64,000 bases of DNA, from assembly GCA_963665125.2 (NCBI GenBank), contig CAXXUK010000001.1, forward strand, positions 1,472,001 through 1,536,000, in the 5' to 3' direction. The stretch's first letter is position 1; every line of letters begins with the position of its first letter. This DNA is from an uncultured Desulfarculus sp. Lineage in GTDB: Bacteria; Desulfobacterota; Desulfarculia; Desulfarculales; Desulfarculaceae. The notes under the pieces were generated by a model. That model worked only from the letters and a program-made list of their open reading frames with translations. It made no database searches and was not told where the DNA came from. The position numbers and the translations under genes are program-made. This document shows positions 1-9,531 of the stretch, piece by piece.

Positions 1-220
1 GGGCAAGACCAGCGCCCCGGCTTGACACGGCAATCAGATTGTTGTCTTGGAGCATGGATCAGGGGTGAAATATGGGATGCATAACTAGCTTTATATTTCG
101 TTATATTAGGTAGTTATATTGTAGCTGATAAAGACTAAAGAGTCTAGGTTTGGTGAGGGCAACTTGTAGCCGACAAGGGTAACTAGAGATTGAATGCAAC
201 GCGCAATACAGCATTAATAA

Positions 221-3200
221 GTTTCAATCCACGCCCTCGCACGGAGGGCGACGGCCTCGATCATGGGGGTGATGACGTCCTCGATGTTTCAATCCACGCC
301 CTCGCACGGAGGGCGACCCGCGGCCGCGTCGTATTCCGGGCTGGTGTATATCATGTTTCAATCCACGCCCTCGCACGGAGGGCGACGCCCAGGTGTGGTA
401 ATAGGATCCGTCCTCTTCGTTGTTTCAATCCACGCCCTCGCACGGAGGGCGACAAAGGCCGTGCAACTCGTCGCCCTGCTCCGATTTGTTTCAATCCACG
501 CCCTCGCACGGAGGGCGACAAAAACGCTGCCGGGCACGCCGACCTTAGCCGAAGTTTCAATCCACGCCCTCGCACGGAGGGCGACAAGAGCTGTTGGCCC
601 AGGCGGCTGGCCGGGATCAGGGTTTCAATCCACGCCCTCGCACGGAGGGCGACCGCGCGCAAGATGCGCGGCTTGCTGCACTTTATCGAGTTTCAATCCA
701 CGCCCTCGCACGGAGGGCGACCGCTTTTATACACTCGCATGCTGGCGCCTAAATAGTTTCAATCCACGCCCTCGCACGGAGGGCGACGTTCATTTTCACG
801 GCCTGCGCCGAACTCATCGACGTGTTTCAATCCACGCCCTCGCACGGAGGGCGACATCGAGTCGTGCAGCTTTTAATCTGGCCGCCACTGTTTCAATCCA
901 CGCCCTCGCACGGAGGGCGACACAGCCAGCGAGGGCAAAACAATCGCCCTCAATCGTTTCAATCCACGCCCTCGCACGGAGGGCGACTCAAGCAATGCTG
1001 CCCGATTGGGAAAAGGTATTGTTTCAATCCACGCCCTCGCACGGAGGGCGACACCAGCATATCTAGGGCCTGCGCTTCAAGCCGAGGTTTCAATCCACGC
1101 CCTCGCACGGAGGGCGACAGTGAGCAGCTATATGTTCAGCCATTTCGGATGCGTTTCAATCCACGCCCTCGCACGGAGGGCGACTTGTCTTTACATCTCC
1201 ATTCGATGCGGTAGACATAGTTTCAATCCACGCCCTCGCACGGAGGGCGACCGGCCCTGTTAGGCGATGATTTTAACGCACAAGAAGTTTCAATCCACGC
1301 CCTCGCACGGAGGGCGACCTAAAATATTTGCGCTTGGCACCCAGTATATCCAAGTTTCAATCCACGCCCTCGCACGGAGGGCGACCCAACAGACCCTTCC
1401 GGTCTTGAGGTATATCAACGTTTCAATCCACGCCCTCGCACGGAGGGCGACGACGCCCCGTCCGAAACAAAACCGTTTGGCACGGTGTTTCAATCCACGC
1501 CCTCGCACGGAGGGCGACATGCCACGCTTGACAACGGCCTACAAATCAAGTGGTTTCAATCCACGCCCTCGCACGGAGGGCGACCTTCGGCGGGAGATGG
1601 AGAAACAGCGATGAATATGTTTCAATCCACGCCCTCGCACGGAGGGCGACAGTGTCTCGGTTTGAATAGGGAGGCAACAATGATAGTTTCAATCCACGCC
1701 CTCGCACGGAGGGCGACCGGAAAAAACGCGGCCGAGGTCAGACGCTGTAAAGTTTCAATCCACGCCCTCGCACGGAGGGCGACGGCGTCCGATTGCCCCC
1801 CGTTGGACGGGTAGAAGTTTCAATCCACGCCCTCGCACGGAGGGCGACTTGGCCAGGGGGCCGCCGACGTCGGTCTCGGTGATGTTTCAATCCACGCCCT
1901 CGCACGGAGGGCGACCCAGCAGCGCAGACGCTGCACGGTGGTGTCAACGTTTCAATCCACGCCCTCGCACGGAGGGCGACGATAAAGGAGCGCATAGATG
2001 CCTATTTACTACATAGTTTCAATCCACGCCCTCGCACGGAGGGCGACCTGCTAGCGTAAAGGCCCTACATGTAGGAGTGGATGTTTCAATCCACGCCCTC
2101 GCACGGAGGGCGACAAAAGTCACCGTATACCCATATCCGGTTGAGGTTGTTTCAATCCACGCCCTCGCACGGAGGGCGACCAGCCGCAACCTTTTTATAT
2201 GATGTTTCAAAGTTGTTTCAATCCACGCCCTCGCACGGAGGGCGACCAGCTTACCAAGTCCCTCTTGGACGAGCTTTTCAGGTTTCAATCCACGCCCTCG
2301 CACGGAGGGCGACCACCACGGCGGCGACAACCATAGCAGTGGCCAATGGTTTCAATCCACGCCCTCGCACGGAGGGCGACACGGCCCGGATCACCGGTCA
2401 CACGCAAAGAGGCTGTTTCAATCCACGCCCTCGCACGGAGGGCGACCAAACCTCCATGGGTTGTTCTTTTGGGGTATAAGTTTCAATCCACGCCCTCGCA
2501 CGGAGGGCGACGCGGCCGCCGGCCACCATCCAACGCACGATATCGTTTCAATCCACGCCCTCGCACGGAGGGCGACTCAAGAAATACACAGAAGCCTCAA
2601 AGGGTTGGCTGGTTTCAATCCACGCCCTCGCACGGAGGGCGACAGAACGCCCAAAACTGGAGAACGGAATGCGATTCGTTTCAATCCACGCCCTCGCACG
2701 GAGGGCGACCTTTTGGAACCAGCAATTGAGTTCGTGGTACTTTTGTTTCAATCCACGCCCTCGCACGGAGGGCGACTGGGGTGTGGAACGCGACGGCTTA
2801 TACCGCAAAGAAGTTTCAATCCACGCCCTCGCACGGAGGGCGACTTGCGAACGCTTCGGCCTGGAGTATGGGGAATAATGTTTCAATCCACGCCCTCGCA
2901 CGGAGGGCGACTGGCTCTCGAAAATCGGTCAACGCCAGCGAAACAGTTTCAATCCACGCCCTCGCACGGAGGGCGACTTGCATGGTTACAGGCTCAATGT
3001 CAGTCTATTTTGTTTCAATCCACGCCCTCGCACGGAGGGCGACTTGGGTGTGCCATAGACAGGTTGGAGAATAGGCGATGTTTCAATCCACGCCCTCGCA
3101 CGGAGGGCGACGCGGCAGCCGAGTTGATGCTCTCCACACCATTGAGTTTCAATCCACGCCCTCGCACGGAGGGCGACAAAGGTCTAAAACCGTGGTGAAC

Positions 3201-3576
3201 TCGTACTCAAGTTTCAATCCACGCCCTCGCACGGAGGGCGACGATGCGCGCCGCTGTGTCGTCACGCTCAGACATGTTTCAATCCACGCCCTCGCACGGA
3301 GGGCGACCTGCCAGCGTAAAGGCCCTCCATGTACGAATTTATGTTTCAATCCACGCCCTCGCACGGAGGGCGACCAGTACGTTTCTTTCTTTCAGTTCAA
3401 CCCCAACAAAACGTTTCAATCCACGCCCTCGCACGGAGGGCGACCTGACGGCACTGTAACAACTACCGAAACCACATGTTTCAATCCACGCCCTCGCACG
3501 GAGGGCGACACCGGTGCGGTATACACCAAAGACGACGACGGCGTGTTTCAATCCACGCCCTCGCACGGAGGGCGAC
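221..3576 (-). CRISPR. Type I-C CRISPR array, 51 repeats / 50 spacers (about 33-38 bp)
   Basis: Repeat GTTTCAATCCACGCCCTCGCACGGAGGGCGAC on + (GTCGCCCTCCGTGCGAGGGCGTGGATTGAAAC on -, with a CGCCCTC/GAGGGCG hairpin and ATTGAAAC 3' end typical of I-C). Counted by hand from 221 to 3545; all copies read as identical. Confidence 0.98.
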
Positions 3577-3762
3577 CGCGGATTATGCAAATCCGCAAAA
3601 AAACTTAATATATTGTCCCGTTTGCGCGAAACTGTGGGCCAGAGCCTCACCTAGAGTGCCTTTTCCCGTTCATGAGCGCTAATTAGCCTGTAATTGCATG
3701 ACCTTGGCCACAGCGCGAAGCTTCCGGAGAATCGTCGTGTGCTTGATGTTCGCGCGGCCACA
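3577..3762 (-). promoter_or_regulatory. CRISPR leader
   Basis: Lies between the last repeat and the cas2 stop. Contains an A-tract and GCGCGAA motifs (~3624, ~3713) plus an inverted TTCGCGC (~3749), as in I-C leaders. Confidence 0.8.
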
Positions 3763-3885
3763 CTACACCACCAATAGACCCTCTGGATCGTATCCCGGCT
3801 TGGCCCCGATATGCTCAAGGCGGCGCTTATAGTTTTTACCCAAGAAGTAAAAACGCAACGAGTCTTGCTCAAGGTTGGCAGCAGC
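3763..3885 (-). pseudogene. cas2: cas2 3' fragment truncated by IS3
   Basis: Minus-strand translation AAANLEQDSLRFYFLGKNYKRRLEHIGAKPGYDPEGLLVV* matches the I-C Cas2 C-terminus (DSLRFY.LG...EHIG.K..YD.EG). Abuts the IS end at 3886. Not in the ORF track. Confidence 0.92.
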
Positions 3886-3915
3886 TGATCTTCCCCAATT
3901 TTTGTGGACACGTAG

Positions 3916-4779
3916 TTAAGCAGCCATATTGATCATCTCATATTGAGCCGGGTTCATGTACCCCAGAGCTGAGTGTTTGCGGCTGCGGTTGTAGAAGACT
4001 TCGATGTACTCAAAGATGTCAGCCTTGGCCTGCGTCCTGCTCAGATAATCTTTATGCGCCACCAGTTCGGTTTTCAGGGAATGAAACCAGCTTTCCATGG
4101 GCGCGTTATCCCAGCAGTCGCCCTTGCGGCTCATGCTGCATATCATGCGGTGCGACTTCAGCTTTTTGCGGTAGGCCTTGCTGGCATATTGACGTCCTTG
4201 ATCTGAATGATGGATCAGCCCAGGCCCAGGTTTCCGCCGGTCCACCGCCATGTTCAGCGCATCGAGCACCAGCTTTTTGGTCATGCGGCTTGACATGGAC
4301 CAGCCCACGATCAGCTTGGAATAAAGATCCAGGACGGCCGCCAGGTACAGCCAGCCTTCACGAGTAGGAATGTAGGTTATATCAGCCAGCCATTTTTGAT
4401 CAGGGCCGTCCGCTTCAAAGTCCCGCCCCAGGATATTGGGGGCCGCCAGGTGGCCGTGATTGGAATCCGTGGTGGCCTTGTACTTTTTCTTCTGCTTGGC
4501 AGCGATGCCGTTATCGCGCATTAATCGAGCCACCCGGTTCTCGCTCACATGGATTTCACGATCCTTGAGTTCCGCCTGTATCCGGGGGCTTCCGTACACG
4601 CCACGATTTTCTTTATGAATGGCCTTGATCTCGACAAAGAGCCTCCGGTTCTCTCGCGCCCGGCTGCTTTCCGGCCGGTTCAGCCAAGCGTAGTACCCGC
4701 TGGCTGACACCTCCAAAACCCGGCACATGCGCCTGATCTGGAATCCTTCACTCTGATCCCTGATGAACTGAAACTTCAT
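3916..4779 (-). CDS. IS3 transposase OrfB (DDE integrase core)
   Basis: W..DITY, HHSDQGRQY, GDCWDNAPMESWFHSLKTE motifs. Confidence 0.95.
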   Translation of the reverse strand: MKFQFIRDQSEGFQIRRMCRVLEVSASGYYAWLNRPESSRARENRRLFVEIKAIHKENRGVYGSPRIQAELKDREIHVSENRVARLMRDNGIAAKQKKKYKATTDSNHGHLAAPNILGRDFEADGPDQKWLADITYIPTREGWLYLAAVLDLYSKLIVGWSMSSRMTKKLVLDALNMAVDRRKPGPGLIHHSDQGRQYASKAYRKKLKSHRMICSMSRKGDCWDNAPMESWFHSLKTELVAHKDYLSRTQAKADIFEYIEVFYNRSRKHSALGYMNPAQYEMINMAA

Positions 4780-5072
4780 TTTGGCATCCGCGAGAAGATG
4801 CCGATGGCTTTTTTTAATATGTCACGCTCCTGGCGTACAATGGCCAGTTCGCGTCTCAGATGGGCTAGCTCCTCATCTTGCGGCTTTAAATTGCCCTTGC
4901 CTGGGAAGGCCTGCTCAGGGTCTGCTTCGAGCTGCTTCTTCCAGCGGCCCAGCACGGTCTGGCTGATGCCAAGGTCCCCGGCCGCCTGGGAAATGCTCAA
5001 ACCTCCCTCGGTGACCAAGGCCACGGCTTCGATCTTGAACTCCCGGCTATAACTCCTGCGTCTGTTGCCCAT
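4776..5072 (-). CDS. IS3 transposase OrfA (HTH)
   Basis: RRSYSREFKIEAV...LRRELAIVRQERDILKKA; ATGA overlap with orfB. Confidence 0.93.
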   Translation of the reverse strand: MGNRRRSYSREFKIEAVALVTEGGLSISQAAGDLGISQTVLGRWKKQLEADPEQAFPGKGNLKPQDEELAHLRRELAIVRQERDILKKAIGIFSRMPK

Positions 5073-5215
5073 TCAACACCTCCAAGCAATTCATATCATG
5101 CTTTTCGAGGTGTCCACAATTTCAGGGGAACTTCACTTCATGCGGCTTCAAGTTATGCTAAGCAACGTTAACAGCGGCTGTATCTGTCCTTGTCCAGCCT
5201 GATGTTCAGGACACC

Positions 5216-5543
5216 TCAAACCCTACGGACCTCATCTACGGTCAGCGTCACCGTGCCGTAACGTAGTTTTCCTCCACCATGCCGGTTTCGTCCTCAAAGG
5301 TCAGAAACTGCATGGGCTCGTTCTTGCCCGTGCTGACGAACTTACCTAACAAAAGCCACCCAGACATAGAGACGCGCCTGCCTGCATGATTGGGCGGGTC
5401 CCGCGCTTTGGCCAGGTTCAGTCACTTAAGCTTTTCAGTGAATAGCTTCATGGGGTGGCGATCGGGCAGGAAACCCAAGACGGCGAACTGACGGCGCAGG
5501 CGCTCAGGCTCATTTGCGGACGGCAGGTGCGGTGCTTCGCCGG
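5216..5543 (-). pseudogene. C-terminal (OB-fold) remnant of a DnaE/DnaE2-type DNA polymerase III alpha
   Basis: Translation RRQFAVLGFLPDRHPM...*...GRRVSMSGWLLLGKFVSTGKNEPMQFLTFEDETGMVE|ENY/YGTVTLTVDEVRRV*; internal stop, apparent deletion and frameshift. Confidence 0.75.
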
Positions 5544-5616
5544 TGCTAATTCCGCTGAATCCGGCCATCTATTCCGAGGCAAGGCGGCCACTTGGTCGGA
5601 GCGAAGCGATGCTGGC
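5544..5616. mobile_element. Solo IS21-family terminal remnant
   Basis: TGCTAATTCCGCTGAATCCGGCCATCTATTCCGAGGCAAGGCGGCCAC..GTCGGAGCGAAGCGA resembles IS21 ends with internal ATTCC/CGGCCA repeats. Confidence 0.6.
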
Positions 5617-5739
5617 CGCAGCTTGGCCTGGAGGCCGAGAACAGGCAATAAACGCTGTTGCTCAGGATGAGTTGGAAACAATCCAGTGAAACGCCTTCCT
5701 CGTCTGGCGCATGTCCCCCCTTTTATGCTCCCGATAATG

Positions 5740-5778
5740 TGATCCAGCCCAATTTTGATGGGCAGTTGATTAAGCGAC
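5740..5778 (-). mobile_element. Solo IS3 right-end remnant
   Basis: TGATCCAGCCCAATTTTGATGGGCAGTTGATTAAGCGAC resembles the ends of IS3 copies 2-4, including the orfB VA* stop (TTAAGCGAC). Confidence 0.7.
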
Positions 5779-6074
5779 CATAGAGCGTGCTTGTTATCAC
5801 GTGGCGGAAAAGTCCGTTGCTGATCAAGCACGCTAGGCGATGGTTGGCCGGCTGCCTCAGCTGGTGCGGAGGCATCTTCATCAAGGGCGATTTGCGTTGG
5901 TCATCAGGCCTAATTCCGCCACTTATGCCGTTTAAGTACGTTCCTTGTTTGCGTACGCCACCATAATTTGACTTATTTCCCGATGAATACTCCCCTCGCC
6001 TAGTCGGCATAAAGATTGCTAATATAAATATTCCCAGAAGCCCGATAGATGGCTGAAGTGCAAATCAACGGAGG

Positions 6075-7511
6075 ATGGGGACGATGAAACATAAAACCCG
6101 CCGTAAAATCATCGTTATCTTGCTGGCCTATCTCTCGCTGGCTCTTGCCCTGGCTGGTTATCACCTGTTCAACGTATTCTCCTTGCACGAAAAATTCGAT
6201 TTGGTTGAGGATTACTACCTGCTTTTCAACGATATGCTGGAAGTGCGCCGCTATGAAAAGAACTACATCATATACAGGGATGAAAAGGACTTGTTGGAGG
6301 CGGAGCGCTACCTGAACCGGGGCCGCGTTCAAGCCGATGAACTTTCAGCCAGCATTATCACATTGGCCGGAAAACCCGCCTACGATGAGTTCACGGCCAA
6401 TATCGCCGCCTACGGCAAAATTCTCGGCCAGGCCATCCATCAAAACAACACCGCCTCGTATGTCGATGCATACGATGATGAGCGAGTACGCGTTTACGGC
6501 AAGCAAATGGTTGATTTTAGTCAGCAACTGCTGATAATTAAGCGGCGGCGGATTGAAAAAGCCTTGCGATTGACCCTGATGGTGCCGCTGACGTTTTTAG
6601 TCATTGTTAGCATACTGTTGATATTGGTGGGCCACCTGGTTTCACGCAACATCATCCGGCCGTTGAATATCATCCGCCGAACCACCGACGAAGTGGCAAA
6701 GGGTAATTTTGAACCAATACCTTACCCGGCCACCGGCGACGATGAGGTCTCGGCCTTGGTCACGGCGTTCAACCGCATGGCCAGGGAGATCGACGAGCGC
6801 CAGGAACAGCTCGTCCAGACCCGCAAGATCGCGGCCATCGGCACCTTTACCAGCGGTGTTGCCCACGAGCTCAACAACCCCATCAACAACATTCGGCTCA
6901 CTGCCGAGACACTGCTGGACGACCTTGAAAATTTAAACAGCGCCGAAGTGGCCGAGTTGAGCCTGGATATCCTCAGCCAGGCTGACCGGGCCAGCGATAT
7001 CGTCAAGAATTTACTGGAGTTTTCTCGACAAGATCAACCGGGCACCGCCGAATTTTCCATCAAGGATGTATTGGAAAGCACTTTCAGGCTGGTGCGCAAT
7101 CAGATCATGGTCGACGGTGTGACACTGCACAGCGAGATCCCGGATGACCTGCCGCATATCGCTGGCAGCCTACGCAATCTTCAGCAGGTGTTTTTAAACT
7201 TGCTCCTCAATGCCGTGCAGTCCATGTCCGGCGGAGGTGATTTAAGCGTTACGGCCTGCCAGGAAGGCGACATGCTGCGGGTGGATGTCGCCGACACGGG
7301 GACGGGAATTTTACCGGAGGACTTGGAACACATCTTCGATCCGTTTTACACTACTAAGGAAGTGGGACAGGGCACCGGGCTTGGGCTTTCGGTGACCTAC
7401 GGCCTTGTCAAAAAACACGGCGGCTATATCGTGGTTGATAGTACGGTTGGTCAAGGGTCTGTATTTACAGTATTTCTACCGTTCACGGAAAACGGGCTCA
7501 AGGAGGCTTGA
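6075..7511 (+). CDS. Membrane sensor histidine kinase (2 TM, HAMP, HisKA, HATPase)
   Basis: GVAHELNNP H-box; LNLLLNAVQ, DTGTGI, FDPFYTTK, GTGLGL. Confidence 0.95.
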   Translation: MGTMKHKTRRKIIVILLAYLSLALALAGYHLFNVFSLHEKFDLVEDYYLLFNDMLEVRRYEKNYIIYRDEKDLLEAERYLNRGRVQADELSASIITLAGKPAYDEFTANIAAYGKILGQAIHQNNTASYVDAYDDERVRVYGKQMVDFSQQLLIIKRRRIEKALRLTLMVPLTFLVIVSILLILVGHLVSRNIIRPLNIIRRTTDEVAKGNFEPIPYPATGDDEVSALVTAFNRMAREIDERQEQLVQTRKIAAIGTFTSGVAHELNNPINNIRLTAETLLDDLENLNSAEVAELSLDILSQADRASDIVKNLLEFSRQDQPGTAEFSIKDVLESTFRLVRNQIMVDGVTLHSEIPDDLPHIAGSLRNLQQVFLNLLLNAVQSMSGGGDLSVTACQEGDMLRVDVADTGTGILPEDLEHIFDPFYTTKEVGQGTGLGLSVTYGLVKKHGGYIVVDSTVGQGSVFTVFLPFTENGLKEA

Positions 7512-8857
7512 TGGCAGCCCGCGTGGCCATTGTCGATGACGAACCGATCGTTTGCAGCAGGCTGCAACGGGCGCTGGCCAAGGACGGCCACGATGTGGAG
7601 TGCTTTGCCGAGGGAAGCTCCCTTCTGCGGCGAATGCAGGATCATCCCTTTGACATCGTCTTCACCGACCTGCGCATGCCCGGCATCGACGGCATGGAGG
7701 TCTTGAGCCGGATAAAGGCTGAACACGAGGGCAGCGAGGTCATCGTCATCACCGGCCACAGCTCCATCGATGGTGCTATCGAGGCCGTACAACACGGAGC
7801 GTTCCACTATGTTGCCAAGCCTCTAAGACTAGAGGAAATCAGGCACTTGGCCACCAGAGCCGAGGAAAAGATCACCCTGCGCAGGGAGAACAAACGGCTC
7901 AGGGATGAATTAATGCGGCGCAACCGGTTCCAGGGTTTCGTGGGCGGCAGCCCGGCCATGCGCGAACTTTATTCGATGATCGAGAAGGTGGCCTCCGTGG
8001 ATTGCAACGTGCTTATTCAGGGGGAAAGCGGCACGGGAAAGGAATTGGCTGCCAGGGCCATCCACTACCTTAGCCCCCGGGCCAAACACCCCTTCGTGTC
8101 GTTCAACTGTGGCGGCTTCAGCGATGATTTGATTACCAACGAGCTGTTCGGCCACGAAAAAGGCGCCTTCACCGGCGCGGTGGCCACCAAGATCGGCCTG
8201 CTGGAGTCGGCGGCCAAGGGTACGGTTTTCCTCGATGAAATCGGCGAGGTGCCGCTGTCTATGCAGGTCAAGCTGCTGCACGTGTTGCAGGAAAAACGCA
8301 TCTTCCGGGTGGGCGGCACCAAGCCCATCAACCTGGATATCCGCATTGTTTCGGCCACCAACCGCAACATGAAAAAAGCCGCCGCCGACGGCACGGTGCG
8401 GGAGGACCTGTTCTACCGCCTCAACGTGGTCACTTTGCGGCTGCCACGCCTGGCCGAACGCCGCGAAGACATCCCCCTGCTGGCGGCCCACTTCTGCCGC
8501 CTGCACAGCGAGGCCTGCGGCAAGAAGGTGCTGCGCATTTCTCCGGATGCCTTGAACGTGCTGACGCGATACAATTTTCCCGGTAATGTCCGCGAGTTGG
8601 AGAATATCATCGAGCGGGCCGTGGCCTTGTCGGACAGCGAGGTCATCGAAGTGGGCGACCTGCCCGCCGACCTGCAAAAGCTGGAATTCAGCTCCTTCGA
8701 AGGCGAAGACATCTACTCCCTGGATGAGGTGGAACGCCGCCACATCAAGATGGTGCTGTCCAAGACCAACAACAACAAGGGCCTGGCCAGCAACATCCTG
8801 GGCATTCCCCGCACCACCTTCTGGCGCAAGCTAAAAAAATACGGCCTGGACGACTGA
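7508..8857 (+). CDS. Sigma-54-dependent response regulator (NtrC family)
   Basis: Receiver (VDDE, DLRMP), GESGTGKE, GAFTGA, FLDEIGE, Fis-type HTH. Confidence 0.96.
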   Translation: MMAARVAIVDDEPIVCSRLQRALAKDGHDVECFAEGSSLLRRMQDHPFDIVFTDLRMPGIDGMEVLSRIKAEHEGSEVIVITGHSSIDGAIEAVQHGAFHYVAKPLRLEEIRHLATRAEEKITLRRENKRLRDELMRRNRFQGFVGGSPAMRELYSMIEKVASVDCNVLIQGESGTGKELAARAIHYLSPRAKHPFVSFNCGGFSDDLITNELFGHEKGAFTGAVATKIGLLESAAKGTVFLDEIGEVPLSMQVKLLHVLQEKRIFRVGGTKPINLDIRIVSATNRNMKKAAADGTVREDLFYRLNVVTLRLPRLAERREDIPLLAAHFCRLHSEACGKKVLRISPDALNVLTRYNFPGNVRELENIIERAVALSDSEVIEVGDLPADLQKLEFSSFEGEDIYSLDEVERRHIKMVLSKTNNNKGLASNILGIPRTTFWRKLKKYGLDD

Positions 8858-8887
8858 TCCGGGGCTGCCCACCCATGCTCTCAAATT

Positions 8888-8982
8888 TTCCATATTGAAA
8901 CACGAATAACAGCCCCTCGGATTATTTACGAGCCAGTACAGTTGGTTATCCGGCACCATCCTGCCATGTTCCGATATGAAAC
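8888..8982. promoter_or_regulatory. Two candidate enhancer-binding-protein sites
   Basis: TTCCATATTGAAAC (8888) and TTCCGATATGAAAC (8969), quasi-palindromic and upstream of a sigma-54 promoter. Confidence 0.5.
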
Positions 8983-9044
8983 GCGGACAGCCCCCTCCAA
9001 ACCGATTTTACAGAATAATCATGTAAAAACAACGCCATAGCGAC

Positions 9045-9060
9045 TGGTCTGCTTTTTGCT
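9045..9060 (+). promoter_or_regulatory. Sigma-54 (-24/-12) promoter
   Basis: TGGTCTGCTTTTTGCT = GG-N10-GC, 30 bp before the 9091 start. Confidence 0.7.
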
Positions 9061-9090
9061 CCATTTGGGGACATTCGCGGAGGAGGATCT

Positions 9091-9531
9091 ATGGACAGGA
9101 TTTTACTGAGCCTTGACTCCATGGACCCAGGGTTGGGGGCGGGTTTGTACGCCCTAAACCTGGCCAAGCGCATCCAGGCCCAGGTCTATGTCCTGCGTGT
9201 GGGCCGCCAGCCGGAGCATCAAGACAACGCCGACCCGGGCGTCACGGACGCGCGGGAACAAGGCAATCCCGTAGAGCTGCTCATCAACCAGGCCCGCCGC
9301 GAGGGCCTGAACGTGAGCTACTACCTCGCCGACGGGCCCTTTGAAAACGAAACCGTCCAGCTAATTCAGGAAAAGGGAATAACCATTTTGGTGGTCGAAC
9401 CGCCGACCAAGGGCGGAGACGCGGCCATGCGCGATTTTCGCAATGTTTTGGACAACATCCGGCTTCGGGTCGACTGTCACATCGAGGTGGTTAATCAGCG
9501 CGAGCGCACTGCCACCATGGAAGGGGATTGA
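9091..9531 (+). CDS. Universal stress protein-like protein
   Basis: MDRILLSLD...ALNLAKRIQAQVYVLRV USP-type N-terminus; RBS GGAGGA. Confidence 0.7.
   Translation: MDRILLSLDSMDPGLGAGLYALNLAKRIQAQVYVLRVGRQPEHQDNADPGVTDAREQGNPVELLINQARREGLNVSYYLADGPFENETVQLIQEKGITILVVEPPTKGGDAAMRDFRNVLDNIRLRVDCHIEVVNQRERTATMEGD

Larger units (their letters stand above)
3886..5135 (-). mobile_element. IS3-family insertion sequence (copy 1, distinct from copies 2-4)
   Basis: Terminal inverted repeats TGATCTTCCCCAATTTTTGTGGACAC / GTGTCCACAATTTCAGGGGAACTTCA enclose orfA and orfB. No target-site duplication (flanks AGC / CTT). Confidence 0.95.

Noticed and set aside
60..220. AT-rich left flank as CRISPR leader
   Set aside because: Repeat polarity, leader motifs and the cas2 remnant all place the leader on the right.
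2048..2082. TAG versus GAG in one reverse frame of the paired spacers as evidence of a stop-recoded phage
   Set aside because: A forward frame is open in both spacers with synonymous changes; 35 nt cannot support recoding.
221..3576. Self-targeting spacers within the window
   Set aside because: None noticed by eye; an exhaustive alignment could not be run, so no claim is made.
190..3682. Many ORFs with repeated FNPRPRTEGD / VSIHALARRAT / FQSTPSHGGR
   Set aside because: Translations of the CRISPR repeat, not proteins.
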